Positions 18,582-28,651 are shown, counted from the first letter of the stretch. The stretch: 64,000 nucleotides of DNA from a virus (IMGVR_UViG_3300022719_000329:1-64000), one strand, 5' to 3'. The notes: generated by a model from the letters alone, not told the origin. Program-made: numbers and translations.

Positions 18582-19603
18582 TATATCCTCCTAGGATTAC
18601 TCTCCGCGCCGTAATTAGAGGTAACCCCTATAAACTCTGCTTTTCTTTGTAGTTCTTTTATACTTCTTGCGCCTCCATAAGTAAGACCGCTGCGCAATCC
18701 GCCCAGTAGTTCGTCTATCAATTGCTGGGCGGGGCCGCTAACCGGGGCCCAGAAATCCGTACCCTCTGCTACAGTTTTATGTTTAAGGCCCCCATAAAAC
18801 TCGTTCTGAAAATCTTCGCTGGCTTGGCCTCGATATTTTGCTTCTTGGAAGTGTTCCGACAAAGAGCCTTTAGATTCTATAGTTCTCTTTTCGGCCGCAC
18901 TTTCTTCTGTTAAGGCAAAAAGTTTTCCCACCATAACAGAGGCAGCGCCCCCGGCTAAAGCCAAGACAACATCCCGGCTTCCACGAATACCGCCGTCAGC
19001 AATAATTGGAACACGTAATTTCTTGGCCAACTTGGAACATTCATAAATGGCAGAGAATTGTGGGATTCCAAAACCTGTCACTACCCGCGTAGTGCACGCG
19101 GCCCCTGGCCCAATTCCCACTTTAACAGCGTCCGCCCCGGCATTTACCAGATCCTGGTATGCGATTGGAGTACATACATTGCCGGCTATAACCTGTAGTC
19201 CAGGGAAATGGTTCTTTATGTCCTCAATCGCGTCAAACATCATTTTAGAATGGCCGTGGGCTACGTCTATACATACACCGGCCGGGCCCCGTTCCAATAA
19301 TTTAAACAAATTATCTGTTTTTCCAATACCGGAAGAAATAAAGATTTTGTTTCCAAATTCGTCTATCCAGTCTGATTGAGTTTCAATAGAAGCAAATCTA
19401 TGGAATATGGGGTAACCGCCGTTTTCAACAATGATCTTGGCTAATTCTCGCCCCATGACGGCGTCCATGTTCGCCGGAATCAGCGGTAAATCAGAGGCCA
19501 AGTCTTTGGTGATCCACGATGAAACGCTGGGCTCGGTACGGCTAGGGACATTATTGAACTGGGGCACCAGCGCAACGTCATCGAAGGTCAAACCTAGTTG
19601 CAT
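18581..19603 (-). CDS. GMP reductase / IMPDH-family oxidoreductase (no CBS insert)
   Basis: 341 aa from the ATG at 19603 (GAGGAG SD); [10 protein letters not shown], catalytic Cys loop [20 protein letters not shown]. Confidence 0.8.
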   Translation of the reverse strand: MQLGLTFDDVALVPQFNNVPSRTEPSVSSWITKDLASDLPLIPANMDAVMGRELAKIIVENGGYPIFHRFASIETQSDWIDEFGNKIFISSGIGKTDNLFKLLERGPAGVCIDVAHGHSKMMFDAIEDIKNHFPGLQVIAGNVCTPIAYQDLVNAGADAVKVGIGPGAACTTRVVTGFGIPQFSAIYECSKLAKKLRVPIIADGGIRGSRDVVLALAGGAASVMVGKLFALTEESAAEKRTIESKGSLSEHFQEAKYRGQASEDFQNEFYGGLKHKTVAEGTDFWAPVSGPAQQLIDELLGGLRSGLTYGGARSIKELQRKAEFIGVTSNYGAESNPRRI

Positions 19604-19666
19604 TACTATTCTCCTCTGGCCTAGCAAAGATAGTTTGTCTTTGCTAGAAAATTATAAGACAAAATA

Positions 19667-19903
19667 CTAATTATCGCTAGTAATATCTATATTTATTCCG
19701 CCACCGGGGGAATCTTTTCTTTCTTTTCTTCTACCTCGAATTTCGGCAAATCTTTCTTCTTTTATTTTCTCTTCCTCGTTTTTTCTCTCCCTGAAATCTC
19801 GAAAACTTTTTTCTCGTTCTTCTTTGGTCATGCTGACTTTTCGTACAGAAACAGCATCTTTTCCCGTCGGCGTCATCACATGTGCACCTTTTTTTTCAGC
19901 CAT
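19667..19903 (-). CDS. hypothetical Lys/Glu/Arg-rich protein
   Basis: 78-aa highly charged ORF. Confidence 0.35.
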   Translation of the reverse strand: MAEKKGAHVMTPTGKDAVSVRKVSMTKEEREKSFRDFRERKNEEEKIKEERFAEIRGRRKERKDSPGGGINIDITSDN

Positions 19904-19904
19904 A

Positions 19905-20276
19905 TTATTCCCTCCCGTATCGGTCTTCTAATCTTTCTATATCCCCTTCATCAAAGTAACCGAACGCTACTTCCAAAAATCTTGCTTTCTCTAATTTACG
20001 ATTATTTCTTATCGTGTGTATAGTTTTGCGGGGGATAAAAACTACTTGTCCTCTGCGCAAAAAGGATTCTTTGTTATCAATTTTTGTGACAAGGCCCTCA
20101 TCCAAGGCTACCCAGAGCTCGTCTCGGAATCTATGCCGTTGCGTAGAGAGTTGCTCTTGTGGGCCCACTTCTATTATTTTTACCGTCGTATTTTGATTAT
20201 GAGCAAACTGGGTAAATTTACCCCAAGGCCTTTCATCAATTACGATATCATAGGGAAGATCTTGTTCCTCAATCAT
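19905..20276 (-). CDS. cupin-domain protein (phosphomannose-isomerase-type cupin)
   Basis: 123 aa; WGKF, QRHRFRDELW and IPRKTIHTIRN cupin motifs. Confidence 0.55.
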   Translation of the reverse strand: MIEEQDLPYDIVIDERPWGKFTQFAHNQNTTVKIIEVGPQEQLSTQRHRFRDELWVALDEGLVTKIDNKESFLRRGQVVFIPRKTIHTIRNNRKLEKARFLEVAFGYFDEGDIERLEDRYGRE

Positions 20277-20280
20277 AGCA

Positions 20281-21624
20281 CTACTCCATGGAGGCTGCCA
20301 ATGCTAATCCGTTGGCCACGGCATGTAGGGGGTCTTCAGCGTGACGGACTTCAGAAACCTCCACAGGCATGTCTACCGCCCCTAGGGCCTGCTCAAACTT
20401 CCCGATAAATCCACGGGGAAGAGAAGTTCCCCCTCCAACTACCAAGGGGATGGGATCTTTGAATTTAGGCAGCGAGGCCGATCTAGATAAATCATAAGCA
20501 ATCTGTTCCAACGTGTAAACTAGCAGGTTCCCATAATATACAGAAATTGCTTGATGAATTTGATTATTGGGGTCTGGATTCATCAAATCCAATTCTTCCG
20601 ATTCTTTTTCTTGTTGAACAATACCGTGGGTGTTGTCGGTGGCTATAGCCGCCTGTTGGTCAATCCAATCTCCTGATTTAGAAGTACTGAAGTTGACTAC
20701 TGGATCACCGGCCGACAGCACTGCTACGTTCATCATACCGGCGCCGCAGGAAACGGCGATGCCGGTCAAACCCTCCTCCAGCAGTTCTGAATATGCCAAA
20801 GCCTCAGCCTCGTTCATAGGCTGGGCATCAAAACCCAAACTTTTGATAAAGGATTTGATCATGTCCTGGTGGAACAATTGATCAAATTCAGCGTCTATCG
20901 GTTTACCGGGAACCGAGAAGACCAAGCGTTCGTTTTTGGCCCGAGGCTTTCCAACTAAACGGCTAATAAGTTCCTTTAGTATAGGAAAGGCTTCTTTCTC
21001 TTTGGGAGATAATACGCCCCGATTCATAGGGCGCCGGGTATTCACATGTCGTTCATTCGCCATAAGAAAGGCATCTTCTCCTAACACATAAAATACTCCG
21101 TCTTTTTCTATGTAAGGGGCCTCTCGATCATCTAAGCCTTTCTTGATGAACTTTTTATTGATAGTTGTCTTTGGTTCCAATGATAAGAAACAATCTCGGA
21201 ATTTCTTGAAATGGATCTTTCCGTCCGATCCAAATCTTCCAGACACTAGAAAAGAAGTTCCCACATCTAAACCTACACCCAATGGAATTTCTTCTTCGGT
21301 CATATTGAACTCCTTCCGCTCGAACTTTTCTTCGAGGGCTTTCTTTTTCTTGATATCCGTTGGCAGGATAACTTTCTTACCAGAAGATTCTTCGGCTTCC
21401 GGCGCTGGTTCCGGTTCTTGCGGCGGCTTTACCGGAGGTTTTTTAGGTGTATCAATATATTGTTTCTTTCCTATATTTCGCCGTGGATCATCGGGCCCGG
21501 CGGCCGCTACAGGCAAGCCGTGGAGTCGAGAGGCATCAATGACTCTTATCCCGCCTTCCTCTACAACCACGCCTTCATGAAGGAGTTTCTTTACTTCCTT
21601 TTCATCACGCCTATTCTTTGCCAT
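20281..21624 (-). CDS. actin-like ATPase (ParM/MreB superfamily) with N-terminal extension
   Basis: 447 aa; phosphate-1 GLDVGTSF, phosphate-2 AVSCGAGMMNV, adenosine VVGGGTSLP; 107-aa K/P/E-rich N-extension; internal AAGGAG-N6-ATG at 21303. Confidence 0.7.
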   Translation of the reverse strand: MAKNRRDEKEVKKLLHEGVVVEEGGIRVIDASRLHGLPVAAAGPDDPRRNIGKKQYIDTPKKPPVKPPQEPEPAPEAEESSGKKVILPTDIKKKKALEEKFERKEFNMTEEEIPLGVGLDVGTSFLVSGRFGSDGKIHFKKFRDCFLSLEPKTTINKKFIKKGLDDREAPYIEKDGVFYVLGEDAFLMANERHVNTRRPMNRGVLSPKEKEAFPILKELISRLVGKPRAKNERLVFSVPGKPIDAEFDQLFHQDMIKSFIKSLGFDAQPMNEAEALAYSELLEEGLTGIAVSCGAGMMNVAVLSAGDPVVNFSTSKSGDWIDQQAAIATDNTHGIVQQEKESEELDLMNPDPNNQIHQAISVYYGNLLVYTLEQIAYDLSRSASLPKFKDPIPLVVGGGTSLPRGFIGKFEQALGAVDMPVEVSEVRHAEDPLHAVANGLALAASME

Positions 21625-22099
21625 CTTTCTTACGCTTTAGTTCTAGCAGTTTCTCTAACTTGCTAGCCGAGTCCCCTTTGCCTTCTTTTACTTCGCCAAT
21701 GTCATCACTATGCGCAATGTCTACTTTTTCGGGATTCTGAATTATGTCGGCTAAAGAAGTGTGCTTCATAGAGGGCCGGTCTGAATCTTTTGCAGTGCCT
21801 TCGGGCGAAGCAACCACCACTTTTTGCTGTGGAATTTTATCCAAAAAATCTTGCATGACTTCTTTTAGGCCTTCTACAATTTCTTCGGTACTGGCTGTTT
21901 TCTCTTCGCGTGGCTCTTTTTTTTCATCCAATAATTGATTTAGTTCCAAAGCCAATTTTAGAGTCTCCAACTGCCTTTCGTCTGCCTCATGCAAACGGTT
22001 TTCGTCGATTAAAGACAGCAGTTCGGACATATCTTGCTGTCGTCTTTTTTGTTCTTGTTTCAGATTTGTTTTTCGGATCTGATCCGCAACACCAGGCAT
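21611..22099 (-). CDS. charged coiled-coil protein
   Basis: 162 aa from the ATG at 22099, just after the upstream stop; 14-nt overlap with the actin-like gene. Confidence 0.4.
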   Translation of the reverse strand: MPGVADQIRKTNLKQEQKRRQQDMSELLSLIDENRLHEADERQLETLKLALELNQLLDEKKEPREEKTASTEEIVEGLKEVMQDFLDKIPQQKVVVASPEGTAKDSDRPSMKHTSLADIIQNPEKVDIAHSDDIGEVKEGKGDSASKLEKLLELKRKKDGKE

Positions 22100-22103
22100 A
22101 TCT

Positions 22104-22562
22104 CTATTCGTTTCCTTCCAAAATTTCAAGTAGCCGAGTAGAGAGGTCATCCGCCTTCGTAGGTTTTTGAACCTCATCTTTGGCAACACCCCCATTCTTG
22201 AGTTTCACGACCTCTTCCTCTAATTTCTTTTTCTCGGTTTCGGCCTCTATCAACTTCTTTTTCTGTCTCTTTTCTCCATAGCCCAGATCGTAAAGTTTAC
22301 TGGCAGACAACCAAGTAGCAAACCCTACAATAAGATTCTCCACCGCCCACTTAAAAATAGATAAGAAGCCACCTTGGGTTACAATTCCGAAGGCTTCAGG
22401 GGTTATATTGTACAACTCCCATCCAAAACACAAAACTAGCGACACCCCTAATGCCAATATTTCGGGGGCACGCTTCCATCTGAATTGTTTCTTCAGTAGT
22501 TGGGTTACCGAAATTACAATCGGAACTACTGCTGCATTGCCTAGGGTGGACAGGTCTTCCAC
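22104..22562 (-). CDS. holin-like membrane protein
   Basis: 152 aa; three hydrophobic helices, SASKLYDLG, then a highly charged C-tail. Confidence 0.4.
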   Translation of the reverse strand: MEDLSTLGNAAVVPIVISVTQLLKKQFRWKRAPEILALGVSLVLCFGWELYNITPEAFGIVTQGGFLSIFKWAVENLIVGFATWLSASKLYDLGYGEKRQKKKLIEAETEKKKLEEEVVKLKNGGVAKDEVQKPTKADDLSTRLLEILEGNE

Positions 22563-22573
22563 CTGCGCACCTC

Positions 22574-23098
22574 CTATTTCTTATAGATATCCCCTAGGTA
22601 GTGTTGCGTCGCCCATTCTGTATCCTTGATGTCTTGCTCCACTTGGGAAACATTAGATACATATGCCACAACTTCTTTGGGCGACTTGAAAAGTTTGGTT
22701 GATTCCCCAATCAACCAGCCGGGGACCTGCTCTCGGGGGAAGTGGGTAATGACATAGACCGGTTTACCCTCCCGAAAACCTTCCCAGGCCTCTGCTAAAG
22801 TTCCGCCACCTTTTTGGGCAGATTCATCGTACAACAAAATGATTGCATCCGATATCTGAATTCCCCAGATATCCTTCTGGAACATTTTTCTTCTAACCGT
22901 GTCTTTGAACACGGTTAGGTCATGATCCAGTTTGGCTGTAGGCCAGTTATATGACATGGCCTCTTGATCTGACATCTCGGTGCTTACTGGGTCAAATACG
23001 GCGTGGCCTGCCTCTTCGAGTCTTTTGGTGATATTTTCTCTCCAATTCTTGCCGAGGCCTTTCTTATATTCCATGCCGCCGCTCAAATAAAATCTCAT
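22574..23098 (-). CDS. nucleoside 2-deoxyribosyltransferase-like protein
   Basis: 174 aa; FYLSGGME start and DAIILLYDE..GGGTLAEAWEGFREGKPVYVI match the NDT-like Rossmann pattern. Confidence 0.5.
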   Translation of the reverse strand: MRFYLSGGMEYKKGLGKNWRENITKRLEEAGHAVFDPVSTEMSDQEAMSYNWPTAKLDHDLTVFKDTVRRKMFQKDIWGIQISDAIILLYDESAQKGGGTLAEAWEGFREGKPVYVITHFPREQVPGWLIGESTKLFKSPKEVVAYVSNVSQVEQDIKDTEWATQHYLGDIYKK

Positions 23099-23100
23099 AA

Positions 23101-23718
23101 CTAATACTCCTCGGGCGATAAAAAACTCCGAGCGGCCTCAAATGCCTCCGCCCAATTACTCGCCCTAATAATACGTCCTTTGTGGTCTTCTAATCCATGC
23201 GGGTCTGCTGGTATATTTCTATTCCAGGGCTGATCCATGACGACCACATGAACGCCTTCTTGCACCAATGGCAATATTTGACGAACTTCATCTTCGATCA
23301 TTACCTGAATTCCTGCCATTTTGCAGAAAGCGGCTTTACTATCGACGTGAAAAATATCGTCATAAGTTGCTGTGTTTTCCTCCAACCACATACGTGTATC
23401 TTCTATGATAACTGGATGTGGGCTTCGGGCCGTAACAAAATATATCTTCAACGGGTCTACAGCATCTCGTAAATGCTGGGTTAATAAATGGTTATCATTT
23501 TCTAATTTAGGAAGTTTTCTAAACGCACGTCTTTCAACGTACAGTTTCTGGCGCATTCCCGGAGGCCGGGTGGTGGGGTCTATACCAAAGACCTCCTCAA
23601 TGCTGTAAGCGTTCTTACTAAAATTTGGCTCTAGACCGTACAGGGTTTTCAATTCCGGCGCCATGCCTTTTATATAGTCGGCCACGGTATTATCTAGATC
23701 AATCCCAATTTTCTTCAT
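23101..23718 (-). CDS. 5'(3')-deoxyribonucleotidase (HAD, NT5C-like)
   Basis: 205 aa; HAD motif I IGIDLDNTVADY; later MIEDE acidic motif. Confidence 0.65.
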   Translation of the reverse strand: MKKIGIDLDNTVADYIKGMAPELKTLYGLEPNFSKNAYSIEEVFGIDPTTRPPGMRQKLYVERRAFRKLPKLENDNHLLTQHLRDAVDPLKIYFVTARSPHPVIIEDTRMWLEENTATYDDIFHVDSKAAFCKMAGIQVMIEDEVRQILPLVQEGVHVVVMDQPWNRNIPADPHGLEDHKGRIIRASNWAEAFEAARSFLSPEEY

Positions 23719-23980
23719 CTATTTCTCCATCGGGATTTGGATTGTTCCGTAACCATTCTATCAAATCAGATCTGATAAAATTATAAATGTCTTGTCGGGT
23801 TTCTTCTTTATGATAACTAATAATCCAAAAACCGTCTCTTTCCCGATCATAGCGGCTAAAGACCATCTCATGGCCCCACATAAAAGAAAATATATCATCG
23901 GCATGCCAACGCAATGTGGCTTTGGCTAGATTCATGACTGCCCTACCGTAGTCGAACTCGCTCATTAGGCATTCGCCCAC
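23699..23980 (-). CDS. hypothetical protein
   Basis: 93-aa ORF; 20-nt overlap with the downstream gene. Confidence 0.4.
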   Translation of the reverse strand: MGECLMSEFDYGRAVMNLAKATLRWHADDIFSFMWGHEMVFSRYDRERDGFWIISYHKEETRQDIYNFIRSDLIEWLRNNPNPDGEIDEENWD

Positions 23981-24273
23981 TGCCTCGCTAGGTTTTCCTT
24001 TTCCTCCGTAGAAACTCCCTGTACAAAAGCGTTAGAAACGTTCGGAGGTAGTTTATTGTGTTTCTTTAAATAACGAAGTGTGGCAAAATCTAAAGCCGCT
24101 TCTATTTCTTTGTCCTTCCAAGTCCCGGGCCCGTCCCGATTACTTCGTTGGCGTAGTTTGATATCACGGTATCGCTGCTCGGCGGTAGCCAACATTAGCC
24201 CGAAAGATTCCAAATGCTGCATATCAGAATTTCTTTTGGTCAGATATAAGCGGGCTTTGGTTATGTCTGTCAT
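23965..24273 (-). CDS. hypothetical protein
   Basis: 102-aa ORF; 16-nt overlap with the downstream gene. Confidence 0.4.
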   Translation of the reverse strand: MTDITKARLYLTKRNSDMQHLESFGLMLATAEQRYRDIKLRQRSNRDGPGTWKDKEIEAALDFATLRYLKKHNKLPPNVSNAFVQGVSTEEKENLARQWANA

Positions 24274-24287
24274 AATTTAATTATACC

Positions 24288-25025
24288 TCATGAACAAAGT
24301 TTTATCAACATCATTTGTATAAGCATTTTTTCATCATACTGCCAAGTGCGTAGAAGATCCCCTAAACGTTTTAGATCTTTCAAGGCAGCATCTATTTCTG
24401 GCAACTCCCAGTATCTATTGGCAACCATCATTTTCTTGATTCGGAACTGGTGTTGTTTTAGTTCACGGGCCACATTCTGATAGTTTTGCCCTTGGCGCTC
24501 TTTCACCTGCTTGAGCAGAATGAAATGCCCACATAGTAGAGAATACAGGCCTAAAGGATTGAAGTTCTCCGCAAATAATTTTTCGCTTTGAAGAATTACT
24601 TTGGAAGAACTCTTACAATTGAGGGCATCGAGTAAATCAAAAGGCTTTATTTCTGGCTTGCTGAACTCTTTACTGATAAAATGCTTTTTTACCAGTTTGC
24701 CTAGTTTAGTCACCCCGTTTAGACTTTTACCTATAAGGATCAAAGCATTTGCATCGTTAGGAGATTCTAACAAAGCGCCGGCTAAAGTTTCTACTTGGGC
24801 TGCTTTATCATCTGCATTCCGGACACAGATTACTTTACCTGAATCAAAAAGCCCATTACTGTTGTACTCCGTAGTGAGTTTTCCCACTTGAATGTCATCA
24901 ATCGAAGCATCATAACGAAGCCAAGTCGCCCCTTGGAACTTGTTGGCTAGATCAGGAAGATACTTCTTCTCAATCATATCGGTATCGTCGCCGTATACGT
25001 AGTAGAAATTTCCTTTAAAGGCCAT
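24288..25025 (-). CDS. DNA polymerase III delta (HolA)-like clamp-loader subunit
   Basis: 245 aa; YYVYGDD.., LFDSGKVICVRNAD pattern; lies directly downstream of dnaX. Confidence 0.5.
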   Translation of the reverse strand: MAFKGNFYYVYGDDTDMIEKKYLPDLANKFQGATWLRYDASIDDIQVGKLTTEYNSNGLFDSGKVICVRNADDKAAQVETLAGALLESPNDANALILIGKSLNGVTKLGKLVKKHFISKEFSKPEIKPFDLLDALNCKSSSKVILQSEKLFAENFNPLGLYSLLCGHFILLKQVKERQGQNYQNVARELKQHQFRIKKMMVANRYWELPEIDAALKDLKRLGDLLRTWQYDEKMLIQMMLIKLCS

Positions 25026-25034
25026 GGAATAATC

Positions 25035-26003
25035 CTAAATGCAAAGAGATATGATGCCCATCTCAAGCACCGATTTACTATTCGGCGTTGAAGCAAAGTT
25101 ACGTTCTATTCCCAAACAAGTATCGAACAGTTTCTGTAAATGGGCCAGGTCGAAAGCCTTCTCGGCCCCTTCTGGAAGTTTGTCTCGAATAGGAGTTCTC
25201 ATACCAAAACATTCTAATGAACACCAGTAGAACCACTTCTCCAGTGTTTGTATGATTACTCTTGATTCCTCGCTTTTACGCAGTTCTGAAACCAGCGCCA
25301 AGGAAGTGGCCACATCCTCACTGTAAATCGCGGCCACAAGTTCATAATACTTATCACTCTGATCCTCAATCTGCTCTCCGGACAAAAACTTCTGTAAGAG
25401 CGACAGCCCGTCCCTAACACTACCTTCGGCTTTGAGGGCAACTTGATAAATCTGCTCTGGGGTGACTTCTAAATTTTCTTGTTCCGCAATCCACTGATAG
25501 TACTCAACAAGATTATCGACATCCACATCGTGGAATTCGTAAATCTGACAGCGAGACTTTACTGTCGGAATCAACTTATGTGGTTCCGTAGTCAGAAGAA
25601 TGAATGTAACCCCCGACGGTGGTTCCTCGAGGGTCTTCAGCAGCGCGTTGAACGAGTTTTTGGATAGCATGTGCGCCTCGTCCAAAATAACCACCCGGTG
25701 GCCTTTGGCCGAATATCGAATATTTTCGATAATTTCTCGCACATTATCAACGCCTGTGTTAGAGGCTGCGTCGACCTCTGTAACCACCATGGCCAGTTCT
25801 GCTTCGGATAAATTTTCATTCAGTACCTTGGCAATTAATCGGGCCGTGGTAGTCTTTCCGGAGCCTCGGGTACCCGCGAAAATCAGAGCATGCCCCAAGG
25901 TTCCTGTTTCCAAAGCCTTCTGTATTTGTCTAACCGTATTTTCTTGGCCTACCACTTCAGAGAATTCTCTGGGCCGATGCTTTAGGGCCAAAACTTCGCT
26001 CAT
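25035..26003 (-). CDS. dnaX: DNA polymerase III gamma/tau-like clamp-loader ATPase
   Basis: 322 aa; KHRPREFSEVVGQ, Walker A GTRGSGKTT, Walker B VVILDEAHML, SRCQ sensor. Confidence 0.85.
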   Translation of the reverse strand: MSEVLALKHRPREFSEVVGQENTVRQIQKALETGTLGHALIFAGTRGSGKTTTARLIAKVLNENLSEAELAMVVTEVDAASNTGVDNVREIIENIRYSAKGHRVVILDEAHMLSKNSFNALLKTLEEPPSGVTFILLTTEPHKLIPTVKSRCQIYEFHDVDVDNLVEYYQWIAEQENLEVTPEQIYQVALKAEGSVRDGLSLLQKFLSGEQIEDQSDKYYELVAAIYSEDVATSLALVSELRKSEESRVIIQTLEKWFYWCSLECFGMRTPIRDKLPEGAEKAFDLAHLQKLFDTCLGIERNFASTPNSKSVLEMGIISLCI

Positions 26004-26019
26004 TATAAATCTCCTAGAA

Positions 26020-26298
26020 TTACTCTATCGTGTCTACCTGAAAGAACTCACGGAACGCAGCGCTGTCTCGCAGATCTTCTGGATCTACCTTCCATTTGCT
26101 TTTCATTCGGTGATAACCTAAATGCCCTTGGCAAGTTTCGCACCAAAACCACCGAGTGTCTGGATTTAGTTTGCTATACTTGTAACCTGACTCGGCTGGT
26201 TCTAGATAAGACTGACAAACCGGGCAGACTGGTCTATTTTCGAAACCTTCCGCGTTTAGGTTTTCAGTTGCTGAAGTCTCAATTACGTCTTTGGACAT
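26020..26298 (-). CDS. zinc-finger protein
   Basis: 92 aa from the ATG at 26298; CPVC ... CETC pairs. Confidence 0.4.
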   Translation of the reverse strand: MSKDVIETSATENLNAEGFENRPVCPVCQSYLEPAESGYKYSKLNPDTRWFWCETCQGHLGYHRMKSKWKVDPEDLRDSAAFREFFQVDTIE

Positions 26299-26418
26299 AT
26301 TACAAATTTCCTTTCTTATGCTGGGCATACCAATAGACTTATACTTGTAGAGAAACAATTCGACTGTGTGTACACCGATAGAGAAGTTAGGCTTTTCGGA
26401 ATTGAATTGTAGTATATA

Positions 26419-26682
26419 TTAGCAGGGTCGTCCATCAATTAGTTTCCTCAATCGCTTCTCTTTGAAAGGCCACATATCCCGCATGACATCTATTCCGTCG
26501 GCTACCATGACAGGGGAAGGGTAATCAGAACCCAATAGTTTTAGAATCATGCGCATCTGCCCCCGCATTATGAATTTGCTAGTGTCGGAAATTCGGGAAA
26601 GGCGAGACAGATACTTTACATTATTCATGCACCTTTCAAGCCTGGCTTTCTCCTTCGGTGAAAGTTTCCGGGAATCTCGCAT
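26419..26682 (-). CDS. hypothetical protein
   Basis: 87-aa ORF; overlaps the deoC 3-prime end by 47 nt. Confidence 0.35.
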   Translation of the reverse strand: MRDSRKLSPKEKARLERCMNNVKYLSRLSRISDTSKFIMRGQMRMILKLLGSDYPSPVMVADGIDVMRDMWPFKEKRLRKLIDGRPC

Positions 26683-27361
26683 TGTATTCCTCCATGACTT
26701 TCACAGAAGCACTCATTCCAAGTCTATCAGCGCCCGCATCTATAAAAGACAAAGCATCGTCAAGGGTTTTTATCCCCCCGGCGGCTTTTATTAGCGGGCT
26801 TTGTTCGCCTCCGCGGAGATCGCTCCAGAGTTTGATGTCTTCTAACTGGGCTCCATCAGAACCAAAACCGGTAGAGGTCTTTATAAACTGGAGATTGGGC
26901 GCGAACTCTTTAATCAAGTTAAAGATCGTAACCTTTTCATCGTGGTCTAGGTAGCAAGTTTCAACAATACATTTGGATATAGTTCCATGGTGCGCACAAG
27001 TATCGCTTAAAGTAATAATTTCTTGTAAGACCGCCTTGAAATTGCGGTTTTTTAGTTCGCCATAGTTTAGTACAAAATCTACCTCGTGAATTCCACGGGA
27101 AGCAAAATACCCAACTTCTTTAACTTTCAATTCCAAAGGTTTGTTTCCCAGCGGAAAATCAACAACGGTACAAACTTTGACTCGTGGGTCGACTGTGCGT
27201 AAAACATCCAATATAGGTACTGCCATATATGGTGAAACACAAACTGACTCAAATTGGAATTTTACGGCTTCGTCCAATAAAGTCTCGAACTGATCTTGGG
27301 TTGCGAAAGGCTTTAGCAGCGTGTGATCAATATATCTATTCAGCGGCCGCGCTGGTCTCAA
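26636..27361 (-). CDS. deoC: deoxyribose-phosphate aldolase
   Basis: 241 aa; IDHTLLKP, Schiff-base lysine context FIKTSTGF, KAAGGI; TTG start. Confidence 0.85.
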   Translation of the reverse strand: MRPARPLNRYIDHTLLKPFATQDQFETLLDEAVKFQFESVCVSPYMAVPILDVLRTVDPRVKVCTVVDFPLGNKPLELKVKEVGYFASRGIHEVDFVLNYGELKNRNFKAVLQEIITLSDTCAHHGTISKCIVETCYLDHDEKVTIFNLIKEFAPNLQFIKTSTGFGSDGAQLEDIKLWSDLRGGEQSPLIKAAGGIKTLDDALSFIDAGADRLGMSASVKVMEEYNARFPETFTEGESQA

Positions 27362-27746
27362 TTTCTTTTCTCCTTTGTAATTCTTTCTTAATAGCCTGGG
27401 AGAGAATCTTTAGACCTTTGTGTAAATCTTCATCATCCCAAAACTTCAAAGCAAAAACTTGATTTCCAAATAGAACGGTTACACCCAACTCCGGGTGCTC
27501 CAGAATATCGAATGCCAAAACTTTACCATCTTCTTCTTCCACGGTAAAGCCGTGGTCACGAGTCAAAGTATATCCTTTTTCTGTTTTGACGGCTACACTC
27601 ATAACTCCCTGGTGAGAGACCCTAAGTTCGTCTTCGGAAGAATGGTTTGTTACTTCACTATCTGTCATTAGTGCTCTCCATATATCTTTAGCCAAGCCGG
27701 GAAGGCTTAGCCTTTGATCTAAATACTTTTCTCTTTTCCTTGGCAA
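27336..27746 (-). CDS. hypothetical protein
   Basis: 136-aa ORF downstream of a consensus promoter. Confidence 0.4.
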   Translation of the reverse strand: MPRKREKYLDQRLSLPGLAKDIWRALMTDSEVTNHSSEDELRVSHQGVMSVAVKTEKGYTLTRDHGFTVEEEDGKVLAFDILEHPELGVTVLFGNQVFALKFWDDEDLHKGLKILSQAIKKELQRRKEIETSAAAE

Positions 27747-27767
27747 AACATTATGTAATCCTAACTA

Positions 27768-27796
27768 ATTATAAATCAATTGATAATTATATGCAA
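27768..27796 (-). promoter_or_regulatory. sigma70-type promoter TTGCAT-17-TATAAT
   Basis: Minus strand reads TTGCATataattatcaattgattTATAAT, about 22 nt upstream of the 27746 start. Confidence 0.45.
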
Positions 27797-27803
27797 CCAT
27801 ATT

Positions 27804-28274
27804 TTAGATCTGTGGACCATCTGGATTATCCAACTGAAGATCTTCCGGGCCTAAATCTAGAAGTTCTAGGGCCAGATCTCCGTCGGTTATACTAGTTTCT
27901 TGGCGGAAAACTTTTCCTCCCTCTCTTTTTAGTACCAGATGACGCTCGCCTACAATAACGTCCTTTATAACACAAGCATTACGTTGAACATGTAATCCAT
28001 CGGTGTGGAACTCATAATCAATACGGTCGCCTTGGGCATAGCCCTTTGGTTGGCCATCTCGAACTAGAACTACGGCGCAGCCATTTTTAGTGATTGCACC
28101 TTCGCCTAGTTCTTCGTGCAACTTACTAACATCCTCCCCAAGCAAGGGGCCTACTTCCATAATTTGGGGAATATTGTGGGGGTTGGGCACAGCCGGTACA
28201 GTTTCTGCTGGGGAGGCCGCAGATAAACAGACGGCTGCTAAAATTGCCAAGGTAGTTTGCATTAGTGTTTTCAT
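27804..28274 (-). CDS. secreted protein
   Basis: 156 aa; N-terminal signal peptide MKTLMQTTLAILAAVCLSAAS. Confidence 0.5.
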   Translation of the reverse strand: MKTLMQTTLAILAAVCLSAASPAETVPAVPNPHNIPQIMEVGPLLGEDVSKLHEELGEGAITKNGCAVVLVRDGQPKGYAQGDRIDYEFHTDGLHVQRNACVIKDVIVGERHLVLKREGGKVFRQETSITDGDLALELLDLGPEDLQLDNPDGPQI

Positions 28275-28651
28275 TAGTATATATAACCTATTTCCTCTTT
28301 GATGTATTTCAATATTTCTTTTTCAAACGCGGCGTGCCTTGGCCCGTGTTTCCATTCGCGAAGATGGGCGAGTTCGTGGGCCAAAGTAACTATAATTGTT
28401 TTTGTGGACAATGGAACCCGGGGTTTGTTCAATTGATGAAGGCGAATATAGAGAAGTTTTTCGCTACAGTTCTTTTCATCGATATGCTTAGCCTTGCAAC
28501 ATTTGTCGCAAGGACGGCATTCTCCATAGTGCCGGGTTCGCATTCTCGTCTCTGGAAGTATCCTGCCATAACGAAGTCCAAAGTGCTTACAGACCTTGTC
28601 AGCAATAGCGTAAATATCCCTCCAAAGCACAATAGTGGTTCTTGACGACAT
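28274..28651 (-). CDS. SprT/WLM-like zinc metalloprotease
   Basis: 125 aa; HELAHLREWKHGPRH (HExxH plus a third His); Cys cluster. Confidence 0.55.
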   Translation of the reverse strand: MSSRTTIVLWRDIYAIADKVCKHFGLRYGRILPETRMRTRHYGECRPCDKCCKAKHIDEKNCSEKLLYIRLHQLNKPRVPLSTKTIIVTLAHELAHLREWKHGPRHAAFEKEILKYIKEEIGYIY

